64,000 nt of DNA from Eledone cirrhosa. Lineage: Eukaryota. The stretch's first letter is position 1, and each line of letters opens with the position of its first letter. Of the stretch, positions 27,501 to 42,500 are shown in pieces. The position numbers and the translations under genes were made by a program. The notes beneath the pieces were generated by a model. The model saw only the letters and a program-made list of their open reading frames with translations, had not been told where the DNA came from and searched no databases. The stretch spans positions 64,852,001 to 64,916,000 of the forward strand of contig OZ024746.1 of assembly GCA_964016885.1 (NCBI GenBank), given 5' to 3'.

Positions 27501-30500
27501 TCCTATCAGCAACCACTTGCCCTTCCTATCAGAAACCACTTGCCCTTCCTATCAGAAACCACTTGCCCTTCCTATCAGAAACCACTTGCCCTTCCTATCA
27601 CCAACCACATGCCCTTCCTATCAGCCACCACTTGCCCTTCCTATCAGCAACCACTTGCCCTTTCTATCAGCAACCACTTGCCCTTTCTATCAGCAACCAC
27701 TTGCCTTTTCTATCACCAACCACTTGCCCTTCCTATCAGCAACCACTTGCCCTTCCTATCAGCAACCACTTGCCCTTCCTATCAGCAACCACTTGCCTTT
27801 TCTATCACCAACCACTTGCCCTTCCTATCAGCAACCACTTGGCCTTTCTATCAGCAATCACTTGGCTTTTCTATCACCAACCACTTGCCCTTCCTATCAG
27901 CAACCACTTGCCCTTCCTATCAGCAACCACTTGCCCTTCCTATCAGCAACCACTTGCCCTTCCTATCAGCAACCACTTGCCTTTTCTATCAGCAACCACT
28001 TGCCCTTCCTATCAGCAACCACTTGCCCTTTCTATCAGCAACCACTTGCCCTTCCTATCAGCAACCACTTGCCCTTTCTATCACCATCCACTTGCCCTTC
28101 CTATCAGCAACCACTTGCCCTTCCTATCAGCAACCACTTGCCCTTCCTATCAGCAACCACTTGCCCTTCCTGTCAGCAACCACTTGCCCTTCCTATCAGC
28201 AACCACTTGCCCTTCCTATCACCAACCACTTGCCTTTTCTATCACCAACCACTTGCCCTTCCTATCACCAACCACTTGCCCTTCCTATCAGCAACCACTT
28301 GCCCTTTCTATCAGCAACCACTTGCCTTTTCTATCAGCAACCACTTGCCCTTTCTATCAGCAACCACTTGCCCTTCCTATCACCAACCACTTGCCCTTTC
28401 TATCAGCAACCACTTGCCCTTCCTATCAGCAACCACTTGCCCTTCCTATCACCAACCACTTGCCCTTCCTATCAGCAACCACTTGCCCTTTCTATCAGCA
28501 ACCACTTGCCCTTTCTATCAGCAACCACTTGCCCTTTCTATCAGCAACCACTTGCCCTTCCTATCACCAACCACTTGCCCTTCCTATCACCAACCACTTG
28601 CCCTTCCTATCACCAACCACTTGCCCTTCCTATCAGCAACCACTTGCCCTTTCTATCAGCAACCACTTGCCTTTTCTATCACCAACCACTTGCCCTTCCT
28701 ATCACCAACCACTTGCCCTTTCTATCAGCAACCACTTGCCCTTCCTATCAGCAACCACTTGCCCTTCTTATCAGCAACCACTTGCCCTTTCTATCAGCAA
28801 CCACTTGCCCTTCCTATCAGCAACCACTTGCCTTTTCTATCAGCAACCACTTGCCCTTCCTATCACCAACCACTTGCCTTTTCTATCAGCAACCACTTGC
28901 CCTTCCTGTCAGCAACCACTTGCCCTTCCTATCAGCAACCACTTGCCCTTCCTATCACCAACCACTTGCCTTTTCTATCACCAACCACTTGCCCTTCCTA
29001 TCACCAACCACTTGCCCTTCCTATCAGCAACCACTTGCCTTTTCTATCAGCAACCACTTGCCCTTCATATCAGCAACCACTTGCCCTTTCTATCACCAAC
29101 CACTTGCCCTTCCTATCAGCAACCACTTGCCCTTTCTATCACCATCCACTTGCCCTTCCTATCAGCAACCACTTGCCCTTCCTATCAGCAACCACTTGCC
29201 CTTCCTATCAGCAACCACTTGCCCTTTCTATCACCAACCACTTGCCCTTCCTATCAGCAACCACTTGCCCTTTCTATCAGCAACCACTTGCCTTTTCTAT
29301 CAGCAACCACTTGCCCTTTCTATCAGCAACCACTTGCCCTTCCTATCAGCAACCACTTGCCCTTCTTATCAGCAACCACTTGCCCTTTCTATCAGCAACC
29401 ACTTGCCCTTTCTATCAGCAACCACTTGCCCTTCCTATCAGCAACCACTTGCCTTTTCTATCAGCAACCACTTGCCCTTCCTATCACCAACCACTTGCCT
29501 TTTCTATCAGCAACCACTTGCCCTTCCTATCAGCAACCACTTGCCCTTCTTATCACCAACCACTTGCCTTTTCTATCACCAACCACTTGCCCTTCCTATC
29601 AGCAACCACTTGCCCTTCCTATTAGCAACCACTTGCCCTTCCTATCAGCAACCACTTGCCCTTTCTATCAGCAACCACTTGCCCTTTCTATCAGCAACCA
29701 CTTGCCTTTTCTATCACCAACCACTTGCCCTTCCTATCACCAACCACTTGCCCTTTCTATCAGCAACCACTTGCCCTTCCTATCAGCAACCACTTGCCCT
29801 TCCTATCAACAATCACTTGCCCTTCCTATCAACAACCACTTGCCTTTTCTATCAGCAACCACTTGCCCTTCCTATCAGCAACCACTTGCCCTTCCTATCA
29901 GCAACCACTTGCCCTTCCTATCAGAAACCACTTGCCCTTCCTATCAGAAACCACTTGCCCTTCCTATCAGAAACCACTTGCCCTTCCTATCACCAACCAC
30001 ATGCCCTTCCTATCAGCCACCACTTGCCCTTCCTATCAGCAACCACTTGCCCTTTCTATCAGCAACCACTTGCCCTTTCTATCAGCAACCACTTGCCTTT
30101 TCTATCACCAACCACTTGCCCTTCCTATCAGCAACCACTTGCCCTTCCAATCAGCAACCACTTGCCCTTCCTATCAGCAACCACTTGCCTTTTCTATCAC
30201 CAACCACTTGCCCTTCCTATCAGCAACCACTTGGCCTTTCTATCAGCAATCACTTGGCTTTTCTATCACCAACCACTTGCCCTTCCTATCAGCAACCACT
30301 TGCCCTTCCTATCAGCAACCACTTGCCCTTCCTATCAGCAACCACTTGCCCTTCCTATCAGCAACCACTTGCCCTTCCTATCAGCAACCACTTGCCTTTT
30401 CTATCAGCAACCACTTGCCCTTCCTATCAGCAACCACTTGCCCTTTCTATCAGCAACCACTTGCCCTTCCTATCAGCAACCACTTGCCCTTTCTATCACC

Positions 30501-33500
30501 ATCCACTTGCCCTTCCTATCAGCAACCACTTGCCCTTCCTATCAGCAACCACTTGCCCTTCCTATCAGCAACCACTTGCCCTTTCTATCACCAACCACTT
30601 GCCCTTCCTATCAGCAACCACTTGCCCTTTCTATCAGCAACCACTTGCCTTTTCTATCAGCAACCACTTGCCCTTTCTATCAGCAACCACTTGCCCTTCC
30701 TATCACCAACCACTTGCCCTTTCTATCAGCAACCACTTGCCCTTCCTATCAGCAACCACTTGCCCTTCCTATCACCAACCACTTGCCCTTCCTATCAGCA
30801 ACCACTTGCCCTTTCTATCAGCAACCACTTGCCCTTTCTATCAGCAACCACTTGCCCTTTCTATCAGCAACCACTTGCCCTTCCTATCACCAACCACTTG
30901 CCCTTCCTATCACCAACCACTTGCCCTTCCTATCACCAACCACTTGCCCTTCCTATCAGCAACCACTTGCCCTTTCTATCAGCAACCACTTGCCTTTTCT
31001 ATCACCAACCACTTGCCCTTCCTATCACCAACCACTTGCCCTTTCTATCAGCAACCACTTGCCCTTCCTATCAGCAACCACTTGCCCTTCTTATCAGCAA
31101 CCACTTGCCCTTTCTATCAGCAACCACTTGCCCTTCCTATCAGCAACCACTTGCCTTTTCTATCAGCAACCACTTGCCCTTCCTATCACCAACCACTTGC
31201 CTTTTCTATCAGCAACCACTTGCCCTTCCTGTCAGCAACCACTTGCCCTTCCTATCAGCAACCACTTGCCCTTCCTATCACCAACCACTTGCCTTTTCTA
31301 TCACCAACCACTTGCCCTTCCTATCACCAACCACTTGCCCTTCCTATCAGCAACCACTTGCCTTTTCTATCAGCAACCACTTGCCCTTCATATCAGCAAC
31401 CACTTGCCCTTTCTATCACCAACCACTTGCCCTTCCTATCAGCAAACACTTGCCCTTTCTATCACCATCCACTTGCCCTTCCTATCAGCAACCACTTGCC
31501 CTTCCTATCAGCAACCACTTGCCCTTCCTATCAGCAACCACTTGCCCTTTCTATCACCAACCACTTGCCCTTCCTATCAGCAACCACTTGCCCTTTCTAT
31601 CAGCAACCACTTGCCTTTTCTATCAGCAACCACTTGCCCTTTCTATCAGCAACCACTTGCCCTTCCTATCACCAACAACTTACCCTTTCTATCACCAACC
31701 ACTTGCCCTTCCTATCAGCAACCACTTGCCCTTCCTATCACCAACCACTTGCCCTTCCTATCAGCAACCACTTGCCCTTTCTATCAGCAACCACTTGCCC
31801 TTTCTATCAGCAACCACTTGCCCTTTCTATCAGCAACCACTTGCCCTTCCTATCAGCAACCACTTGCCCTTCCTATCACCAACCACTTGCCCTTCCTATC
31901 ACCAACCACTTGCCCTTCCTATCAGCAACCACTTGCCCTTTCTATCAGCAACCACTTGCCTTTTCTATCACCAACCACTTGCCCTTCCTATCACCAACCA
32001 CTTGCCCTTTCTATCAGCAACCACTTGCCCTTCCTATCAGCAACCACTTGCCCTTCTTATCAGCAACCACTTGCCCTTTCTATCAGCAACCACTTGCCCT
32101 TTCTATCAGCAACCACTTGCCCTTCCTATCAGCAACCACTTGCCTTTTCTATCAGCAACCACTTGCCCTTCCTATCACCAACCACTTGCCCTTCCTATCA
32201 CCAACCACTTGCCCTTTCTATCAGCAACCACTTGCCCTTCCTATCAGCAACCACTTGCCCTTCTTATCAGCAACCACTTGCCCTTTCTATCAGCAACCAC
32301 TTGCCCTTCCTATCAGCAACCACTTGCCTTTTCTATCAGCAACCACTTGCCCTTCCTATCACCAACCACTTGCCTTTTCTATCAGCAACCACTTGCCCTT
32401 CCTGTCAGCAACCACTTGCCCTTCCTATCAGCAACCACTTGCCCTTCCTATCACCAACCACTTGCCTTTTCTATCACCAACCACTTGCCCTTCCTATCAC
32501 CAACCACTTGCCCTTCCTATCAGCAACCACTTGCCTTTTCTATCAGCAACCACTTGCCCTTCATATCAGCAACCACTTGCCCTTTCTATCACCAACCACT
32601 TGCCCTTCCTATCAGCAACCACTTGCCCTTTCTATCACCATCCACTTGCCCTTCCTATCAGCAACCACTTGCCCTTCCTATCAGCAACCACTTGCCCTTC
32701 CTATCAGCAACCACTTGCCCTTTCTATCACCAACCACTTGCCCTTCCTATCAGCAACCACTTGCCCTTTCTATCAGCAACCACTTGCCTTTTCTATCAGC
32801 AACCACTTGCCCTTTCTATCAGCAACCACTTGCCCTTCCTATCAGCAACCACTTGCCCTTCTTATCAGCAACCACTTGCCCTTTCTATCAGCAACCACTT
32901 GCCCTTTCTATCAGCAACCACTTGCCCTTCCTATCAGCAACCACTTGCCTTTTCTATCAGCAACCACTTGCCCTTCCTATCACCAACCACTTGCCTTTTC
33001 TATCAGCAACCACTTGCCCTTCCTATCAGCAACCACTTGCCCTTCTTATCACCAACCACTTGCCTTTTCTATCACCAACCACTTGCCCTTCCTATCAGCA
33101 ACCACTTGCCCTTCCTATTAGCAACCACTTGCCCTTCCTATCAGCAACCACTTGCCCTTTCTATCAGCAACGACTTGCCCTTTCTATCAGCAACCACTTG
33201 CCTTTTCTATCACCAACCACTTGCCCTTCCTATCACCAACCACTTGCCCTTTCTATCAGCAACCACTTGCCCTTCCTATCAGCAACCACTTGCCCTTCCT
33301 ATCAACAACCACTTGCCCTTCCTATCAGCAACCACTTGCCTTTTCTATCAGCAACCACTTGCCCTTCCTATCAGCAACCACTTGCCCTTCCTATCAGCAA
33401 CCACTTGCCCTTCCTATCAGAAACCACTTGCCCTTCCTATCAGAAACCACTTGCCCTTCCTATCAGAAACCACTTGCCCTTCCTATCACCAACCACATGC

Positions 33501-36500
33501 CCTTCCTATCAGCCACCACTTGCCCTTCCTATCAGCAACCACTTGCCCTTTCTATCAGCAACCACTTGCCCTTTCTATCAGCAACCACTTGCCTTTTCTA
33601 TCACCAACCACTTGCCCTTCCTATCAGCAACCACTTGCCCTTCCAATCAGCAACCACTTGCCCTTCCTATCAGCAACCACTTGCCTTTTCTATCACCAAC
33701 CACTTGCCCTTCCTATCAGCAACCACTTGGCCTTTCTATCAGCAATCACTTGGCTTTTCTATCACCAACCACTTGCCCTTCCTATCAGCAACCACTTGCC
33801 CTTCCTATCAGCAACCACTTGCCCTTCCTATCAGCAACCACTTGCCCTTCCTATCAGCAACCACTTGCCTTTTCTATCAGCAACCACTTGCCCTTCCTAT
33901 CAGCAACAACTTGCCCTTTCTATCAGCAACCACTTGCCCTTCCTATCAGCAACCACTTGCCCTTTCTATCACCATCCACTTGCCCTTCCTATCAGCAACC
34001 ACTTGCCCTTCCTATCAGCAACCACTTGCCCTTCCTATCAGCAACCACTTGCCCTTTCTATCACCAACCACTTGCCCTTCCTATCAGCAACCACTTGCCC
34101 TTTCTATCAGCATCCACTTGCCTTTTCTATCAGCAACCACTTGCCCTTTCTATCAGCAACCACTTGCCCTTCCTATCACCAACCACTTGCCCTTCCTATC
34201 AGCAACCACTTGCCCTTCCTATCACCAACCACTTGCCCTTCCTATCAGCAACCACTTGCCCTTTCTATCAGCAACCACTTGCCCTTTCTATCAGCAACCA
34301 CTTGCCCTTTCTATCAGCAACCACTTGCCCTTCCTATCAGCAACCACTTGCCCTTCCTATCACCAACCACTTGCCCTTCCTATCACCAACCACTTGCCCT
34401 TCCTATCACCAACCACTTGCCCTTCCTATCAGCAACCACTTGCCCCTTTCTATCAGCAACCACTTGCCTTTTCTATCACCAACCACTTGCCCTTCCTATC
34501 ACCAACCACTTGCCCTTTCTATCAGCAACCACTTGCCCTTCCTATCAGCAACCACTTGCCCTTCTTATCAGCAACCACTTGCCCTTTCTATCAGCAACCA
34601 CTTGCCCTTCCTATCAGCAACCACTTGCCTTTTCTATCAGCAACCACTTGCCCTTCCTATCACCAACCACTTGCCTTTTCTATCAGCAACCACTTGCCCT
34701 TCCTGTCAGCAACCACTTGCCCTTCCTATCAGCAACCACTTGCCCTTCCTATCACCAACCACTTGCCTTTTCTATCACCAACCACTTGCCCTTCCTATCA
34801 CCAACCACTTGCCCTTCCTATCAGCAACCACTTGCCTTTTCTATCAGCAACCACTTGCCCTTCATATCAGCAACCACTTGCCCTTTCTATCACCAACCAC
34901 TTGCCCTTCCTATCAGCAACCACTTGCCCTTTCTATCACCATCCACTTGCCCTTCCTATCAGCAACCACTTGCCCTTCCTATCAGCAACCACTTGCCCTT
35001 CCTATCAGCAACCACTTGCCCTTTCTATCACCAACCACTTGCCCTTCCTATCAGCAACCACTTGCCCTTTCTATCAGCAACCACTTGCCTTTTCTATCAG
35101 CAACCACTTGCCCTTTCTATCAGCAACCACTTGCCCTTCCTATCACCAACAACTTGCCCTTTCTATCACCAACCACTTGCCCTTCCTATCAGCAACCACT
35201 TGCCCTTCCTATCACCAACCACTTGCCCTTCCTATCAGCAACCACTTGCCCTTTCTATCAGCAACCACTTGCCCTTTCTATCAGCAACCACTTGCCCTTT
35301 CTATCAGCAACCACTTGCCCTTCCTATCAGCAACCACTTGCCCTTCCTATCACCAACCACTTGCCCTTCCTATCACCAACCACTTGCCCTTCCTATCAGC
35401 AACCACTTGCCCTTTCTATCAGCAACCACTTGCCTTTTCTATCACCAACCACTTGCCCTTCCTATCACCAACCACTTGCCCTTTCTATCAGCAACCACTT
35501 GCCCTTCCTATCAGCAACCACTTGCCCTTCTTATCAGCAACCACTTGCCCTTTCTATCAGCAACCACTTGCCCTTTCTATCAGCAACCACTTGCCCTTCC
35601 TATCAGCAACCACTTGCCTTTTCTATCAGCAACCACTTGCCCTTCCTATCACCAACCACTTGCCTTTTCTATCAGCAACCACTTGCCCTTCCTATCAGCA
35701 ACCACTTGCCCTTCCTATCAGCAACCACTTGCCCTTCCTATCACCAACCACTTGCCTTTCTATCACCAACCACTTGCCTTTTCTATCACCAACCACTTGC
35801 CTTTTCTATCAGCAACCACTTGCCCCTTCCTATCAGCAACCACTTTCCCTTTCTATCAGCAACCACTTGACCTTTCTGTCACCAACCACTTGCCCTTCCT
35901 ATCAGCAACCACTTGCCCTTCCTATCACCAACCACTTGCCCTTTCTATCAGCAACCACTTTCCCTTCCTATCAGCAACCACTTGCCCTTTCTATCAGCAA
36001 CCACTTGCCTTTTCTATCTCCAACCACTTGCCCTTCCTATCACCAACCACTTGCCCTTTCTATCAGCAACCACTTGCCCTTCCTATCAGCAACCACTTGC
36101 CCTTCTTATCAGCAACCACTTGCCCTTTCTATCAGCAACCACTTGCCCTTTCTATCAGCAACCACTTGCCCTTCCTATCAGCAACCACTTGCCTTTTCTA
36201 TCAGCAACCACTTGCCCTTCCTATCACCAACCACTTGCCTTTTCTATCAGCAACCACTTGCCCTTCCTATCAGCAACCACTTGCCCTTCTTATCACCAAC
36301 CACTTGCCTTTTCTATCACCAACCACTTGCCCTTCCTATCAGCAACCACTTGCCCTTCCTATCAGCAACCACTTGCCCTTCCTATCAGCAACCACTTGCC
36401 CTTTCTATCAGCAACCACTTGCCCTTTCTATCAGCAACCACTTGCCTTTTCTATCACCAACCACTTGCCCTTCCTATCACCAACCACTTGCCCTTTCTAT

Positions 36501-39500
36501 CAGCAACCACTTGCCCTTCCTATCAGCAACCACTTGCCCTTCCTATCAACAACCACTTGCCCTTCCTATCAGCAACCACTTGCCTTTTCTATCAGCAACC
36601 ACTTGCCCTTCCTATCAGCAACCACTTGCCCTTCCTATCAGCAACCACTTGCCCTTCCTATCAGAAACCACTTGCCCTTCCTATCAGAAACCACTTGCCC
36701 TTCCTATCAGAAACCACTTGCCCTTCCTATCACCAACCACATGCCCTTCCTATCAGCCACCACTTGCCCTTCCTATCAGCAACCACTTGCCCTTTCTATC
36801 AGCAACCACTTGCCCTTTCTATCAGCAACCACTTGCCTTTTCTATCACCAACCACTTGCCCTTCCTATCAGCAACCACTTGCCCTTCCTATCAGCAACCA
36901 CTTGCCCTTCCTATCAGCAACCACTTGCCTTTTCTATCACCAACCACTTGCCCTTCCTATCAGCAACCACTTGGCCTTTCTATCAGCAATCACTTGGCTT
37001 TTCTATCACCAACCACTTGCCCTTCCTATCAGCAACCACTTGCCCTTCCTATCAGCAACCACTTGCCCTTCCTATCAGCAACCACTTGCCCTTCCTATCA
37101 GCAACCACTTGCCTTTTCTATCAGCAACCACTTGCCCTTCCTATCAGCAACCACTTGCCCTTTCTATCAGCAACCACTTGCCCTTTCTATCACCATCCAC
37201 TTGCCCTTCCTATCAGCAACCACTTGCCCTTCCTATCAGCAACCACTTGCCCTTCCTATCAGCAACCACTTGCCCTTTCTATCACCAACCACTTGCCCTT
37301 CCTATCAGCAACCACTTGCCCTTTCTATCAGCAACCACTTGCCTTTTCTATCAGCAACCACTTGCCCTTTCTATCAGCAACCACTTGCCCTTTCTATCAG
37401 CAACCACTTGCCCTTCCTATCACCAACCACTTGCCCTTTCTATCAGCAACCACTTGCCCTTCCTATCAGCAACCACTTGCCCTTCCTATCACCAACCACT
37501 TGCCCTTCCTATCAGCAACCACTTGCCCTTTCTATCAGCAACCACTTGCCCTTTCTATCAGCCACCACTTGCCCTTTCTATCAGCAACCACTTGCCCTTC
37601 CTATCACCAACCACTTGCCCTTCCTATCACCAACCACTTGCCCTTCCTATCACCAACCACTTGCCCTTCCTATCAGCAACCACTTGCCCTTTCTATCAGC
37701 AACCACTTGCCTTTTCTATCACCAACCACTTGCCCTTCCTATCACCAACCACTTGCCCTTTCTATCAGCAACCACTTGCCCTTCCTATCAGCAACCACTT
37801 GCCCTTCTTATCAGCAACCACTTGCCCTTTCTATCAGCAACCACTTGCCCTTCCTATCAGCAACCACTTGCCTTTTCTATCAGCAACCCACTTGCCCTTC
37901 CTATCACCAACCACTTGCCTTTTCTATCAGCAACCACTTGCCCTTCCTGTCAGCAACCACTTGCCCTTCCTATCAGCAACCACTTGCCCTTCCTATCACC
38001 AACCACTTGCCTTTTCTATCACCAACCACTTGCCCTTCCTATCACCAACCACTTGCCCTTCCTATCACCAACCACTTGCCTTTTCTATCACCAACCACTT
38101 GCCTTTTCTATCACCAACCACTTGCCCTTTCTATCAGCAACCACTTGCCCTTTCTATCAGCAACCACTTGCCCTTCCTATCAGCAACCACTTTCCCTTTC
38201 TATCAGCAACCACTTGCCCTTTCTATCAGCAACCACTTGCCCTTCCTATCAGCAACCACTTGCCCTTCCTATCACCAACCACTTGCCCTTCCTATCAGCA
38301 ACCACTTGCCCTTCCTATCAGCAACCACTTGCCCTTTCTATCAGCAACCACTTGCCTTTTCTATCACCAACCACTTGCCCTTCCTATCACCAACCACTTG
38401 CCCTTTCTATCAGCAACCACTTGCCCTTCCTATCAGCAACCACTTGCCCTTCTTATCAGCAACCACTTGCCCTTTCTATCAGCAACCACTTGCCCTTTCT
38501 ATCAGCAACCACTTGCCCTTCCTATCAGCAACCACTTGCCTTTTCTATCAGCAACCACTTGCCCTTCCTATCACCAACCACTTGCCTTTTCTATCAGCAA
38601 CCACTTGCCCTTCCTATCAGCAACCACTTGCCCTTCTTATCACCAACCACTTGCCTTTTCTATCACCAACCACTTGCCCTTCCTATCAGCAACCACTTGC
38701 CCTTCCTATCAGCAACCACTTGCCCTTCCTATCAGCAACCACTTGCCCTTTCTATCAGCAACCACTTGCCCTTCCTATCAGCAACCACTTGCCCTTCCTA
38801 TCAACAACCACTTGCCCTTCCTATCACCAACCACTTGCCCTTCCTATCAGCAACCACTTGCCCTTTCTATCAGCAACCACTTGCCTTTTCTATCACCAAC
38901 CACTTGCCCTTCCTATCACCAACCACTTGCCCTTTCTATCAGCAACCACTTGCCCTTTCTATCAGCAACCACTTGCCCTTCCTATCAGCAACCACTTGCC
39001 CTTCCTATCACCAACCACTTGCCCTTCCTATCACCAACCACTTGCCCTTCCTATCAGCAACCACTTGCCCTTTCTATCAGCAACCACTTGCCTTTTCTAT
39101 CACCAACCACTTGCCCTTCCTATCACCAACCACTTGCCCTTTCTATCAGCAACAACTTGCCCTTCCTATCAGCAACCACTTGCCCTTCTTATCAGCAACC
39201 ACTTGCCCTTTCTATCAGCAACCACTTGCCCTTTCTATCAGCAACCACTTGCCCTTCCTATCAGCAACCACTTGCCTTTTCTATCAGCAACCACTTGCCC
39301 TTCCTATCACCAACCACTTGCCTTTTCTATCAGCAACCACTTGCCCTTCCTATCAGCAACCACTTGCCCTTCCTATCAGCAACCACTTGCCCTTCCTATC
39401 ACCAACCACTTGCCTTTTCTATCACCAACCACTTGCCTTTTCTATCACCAACCACTTGCCTTTTCTATCAGCAACCACTTGCCCTTCCTATCAGCAACCA

Positions 39501-42500
39501 CTTTCCCTTTCTATCAGCAACCACTTGACCTTTCTGTCACCAACCACTTGCCCTTCCTATCAGCAACCACTTGCCCTTCCTATCAGCAACCACATTTGCC
39601 CTTCCTATCACCAACCACTTGCCCTTTCTATCAGCAACCACTTTCCCTTCCTATCAGCAACCACTTGCCCTTTCTATCAGCAACCACTTGCCTTTTCTAT
39701 CACCAACCACTTGCCCTTCCTATCACCAACCACTTGCCCTTTCTATCAGCAACCACTTGCCCTTCCTATCAGCAACCACTTGCCCTTCTTATCAGCAACC
39801 ACTTGCCCTTTCTATCAGCAACCACTTGCCCTTCCTATCAGCAACCACTTGCCTTTTCTATCAGCAACCACTTGCCCTTCCTATCACCAACCACTTGCCT
39901 TTTCTATCAGCAACCACTTGCCCTTCCTATCAGCAACCACTTGCCCTTCTTATCACCAACCACTTGCCTTTTCTATCACCAACCACTTGCCTCTTCCTAT
40001 CAGCAACCACTTGCCCTTCCTATCAGCAACCACTTGCCCTTCCTATCAGCAACCACTTGCCCTTTCTATCAGCAACCACTTGCCCTTTCTATCAGCAACC
40101 ACTTGCCTTTTCTATCACCAACCACTTGCCCTTCCTATCACCAACCACTTGCCCTTTCTATCAGCAACCACTTGCCCTTCCTATCAGCAACCACTTGCCC
40201 TTCCTATCAACAACCACTTGCCCTTCCTATCAGCAACCACTTGCCTTTTCTATCAGCAACCACTTGCCCTTCCTATCAGCAACCACTTGCCCTTCCTATC
40301 AGCAACCACTTGCCCTTCCTATATCAGAAACCACTTGCCCTTCCTATCAGAAACCACTTGCCCTTCCTATCAGAAACCACTTGCCCTTCCTATCACCAAC
40401 CACATGCCCCTTCCTATCAGCCACCACTTGCCCTTCCTATCAGCAACCACTTGCCCTTTCTATCAGCAACCACTTGCCCTTTCTATCAGCAACCACTTGC
40501 CTTTTCTATCACCAACCACTTGCCCTTCCTATCAGCAACCACTTGCCCTTCCTATCAGCAACCACTTGCCCTTCCTATCAGCAACCACTTGCCTTTTCTA
40601 TCACCAACCACTTGCCCTTCCTATCAGCAACCACTTGGCCTTTCTATCAGCAATCACTTGGCTTTTCTATCACCAACCACTTGCCCTTCCTATCAGCAAC
40701 CACTTGCCCTTCCTATCAGCAACCACTTGCCCTTCCTATCAGCAACCACTTGCCCTTCCTATCAGCAACCACTTGCCCTTTTCTATCAGCAACCACTTGC
40801 CCTTCCTATCAGCAACCACTTGCCCTTTCTATCAGCAACCACTTGCCCTTCCTATCAGCAACCACTTGCCCTTTCTATCACCATCCACTTGCCCTTCCTA
40901 TCAGCAACCACTTGCCCTTCCTATCAGCAACCACTTGCCCTTCCTATCAGCAACCACTTGCCCTTTCTATCACCAACCACTTGCCCTTCCTATCAGCAAC
41001 CACTTGCCCTTTCTATCAGCAACCACTTGCCTTTTCTATCAGCAACCACTTGCCCTTTCTATCAGCAACCACTTGCCCTTCCTATCACCAACCACTTGCC
41101 CTTTCTATCAGCAACCACTTGCCCTTCCTATCAGCAACCACTTGCCCTTCCTATCACCAACCACTTGCCCTTCCTATCAGCAACCACTTGCCCTTTCTAT
41201 CAGCAACGACTTGCCCTTTCTATCAGCAACCACTTGCCCTTTCTATCAGCAACCACTTGCCCTTCCTATCACCAACCACTTGCCCTTCCTATCACCAACC
41301 ACTTGCCCTTCCTATCACCAACCACTTGCCCTTCCTATCAGCAACCACTTGCCCTTTCTATCAGCAACCACTTGCCTTTTCTATCACCAACCACTTGCCC
41401 TTCCTATCACCAACCACTTGCCCTTTCTATCAGCAACCACTTGCCCTTCCTATCAGCAACCACTTGCCCTTCTTATCAGCAACCACTTGCCCTTTCTATC
41501 AGCAACCACTTGCCCTTCCTATCAGCAACCACTTGCCCTTTATATCAGCAACCACTTGCCCTTCCTATCAGCAACCACTTGCCTTTTCTATCAGCAACCA
41601 CTTGCCCTTCCTATCACCAACCACTTGCCCTTTTCTATCAGCAACCACTTGCCCTTCCTGTCAGCAACCACTTGCCCTTCCTATCAGCAACCACTTGCCC
41701 TTCCTATCACCAACCACTTGCCTTTTCTATCACCAACCACTTGCCTTTTCTATCACCAACCACTTGCCCTTTCTATCAGCAACCACTTGCCCTTTCTATC
41801 AGCAACCACTTGCCCTTCCTATCAGCAACCACTTTCCCTTTCTATCAGCAACCACTTGCCCTTTCTATCAGCAACCACTTGCCCTTCCTATCAGCAACCA
41901 CTTGCCCTTCCTATCACCAACCACTTGCCCTTCCTATCAGCAACCACTTGCCCTTCCTATCAGCAACCACTTGCCCTTTCTATCAGCAACCACTTGCCTT
42001 TTCTATCACCAACCACTTGCCCTTCCTATCAGCCAACCACTTGCCCTTTCTATCAGCAACCACTTGCCCTTCCTATCAGCAACCACTTGCCCTTCTTATC
42101 AGCAACCACTTGCCCTTTCTATCAGCAACCACTTGCCCTTTCTATCAGCAACCACTTGCCCTTCCTATCAGCAACCACTTGCCTTTCTATCAGCAACCAC
42201 TTGCCCTTCCTATCACCAACCACTTGCCTTTTCTATCAGCAACCACTTGCCCTTCCTATCAGCAACCACTTGCCCTTCTTATCACCAACCACTTGCCTTT
42301 TCTATCACCAACCACTTGCCCTTCCTATCAGCAACCACTTGCCCTTCCTATCAGCAACCACTTGCCCTTCCTATCAGCAACCACTTGCCCTTTCTATCAG
42401 CAACCACTTGCCCTTTCTATCAGCAACCACTTGCCTTTTCTATCACCAACCACTTGCCCTTTCTATCAGCAACCACTTGCCCTTCCTATCAGCAACCACT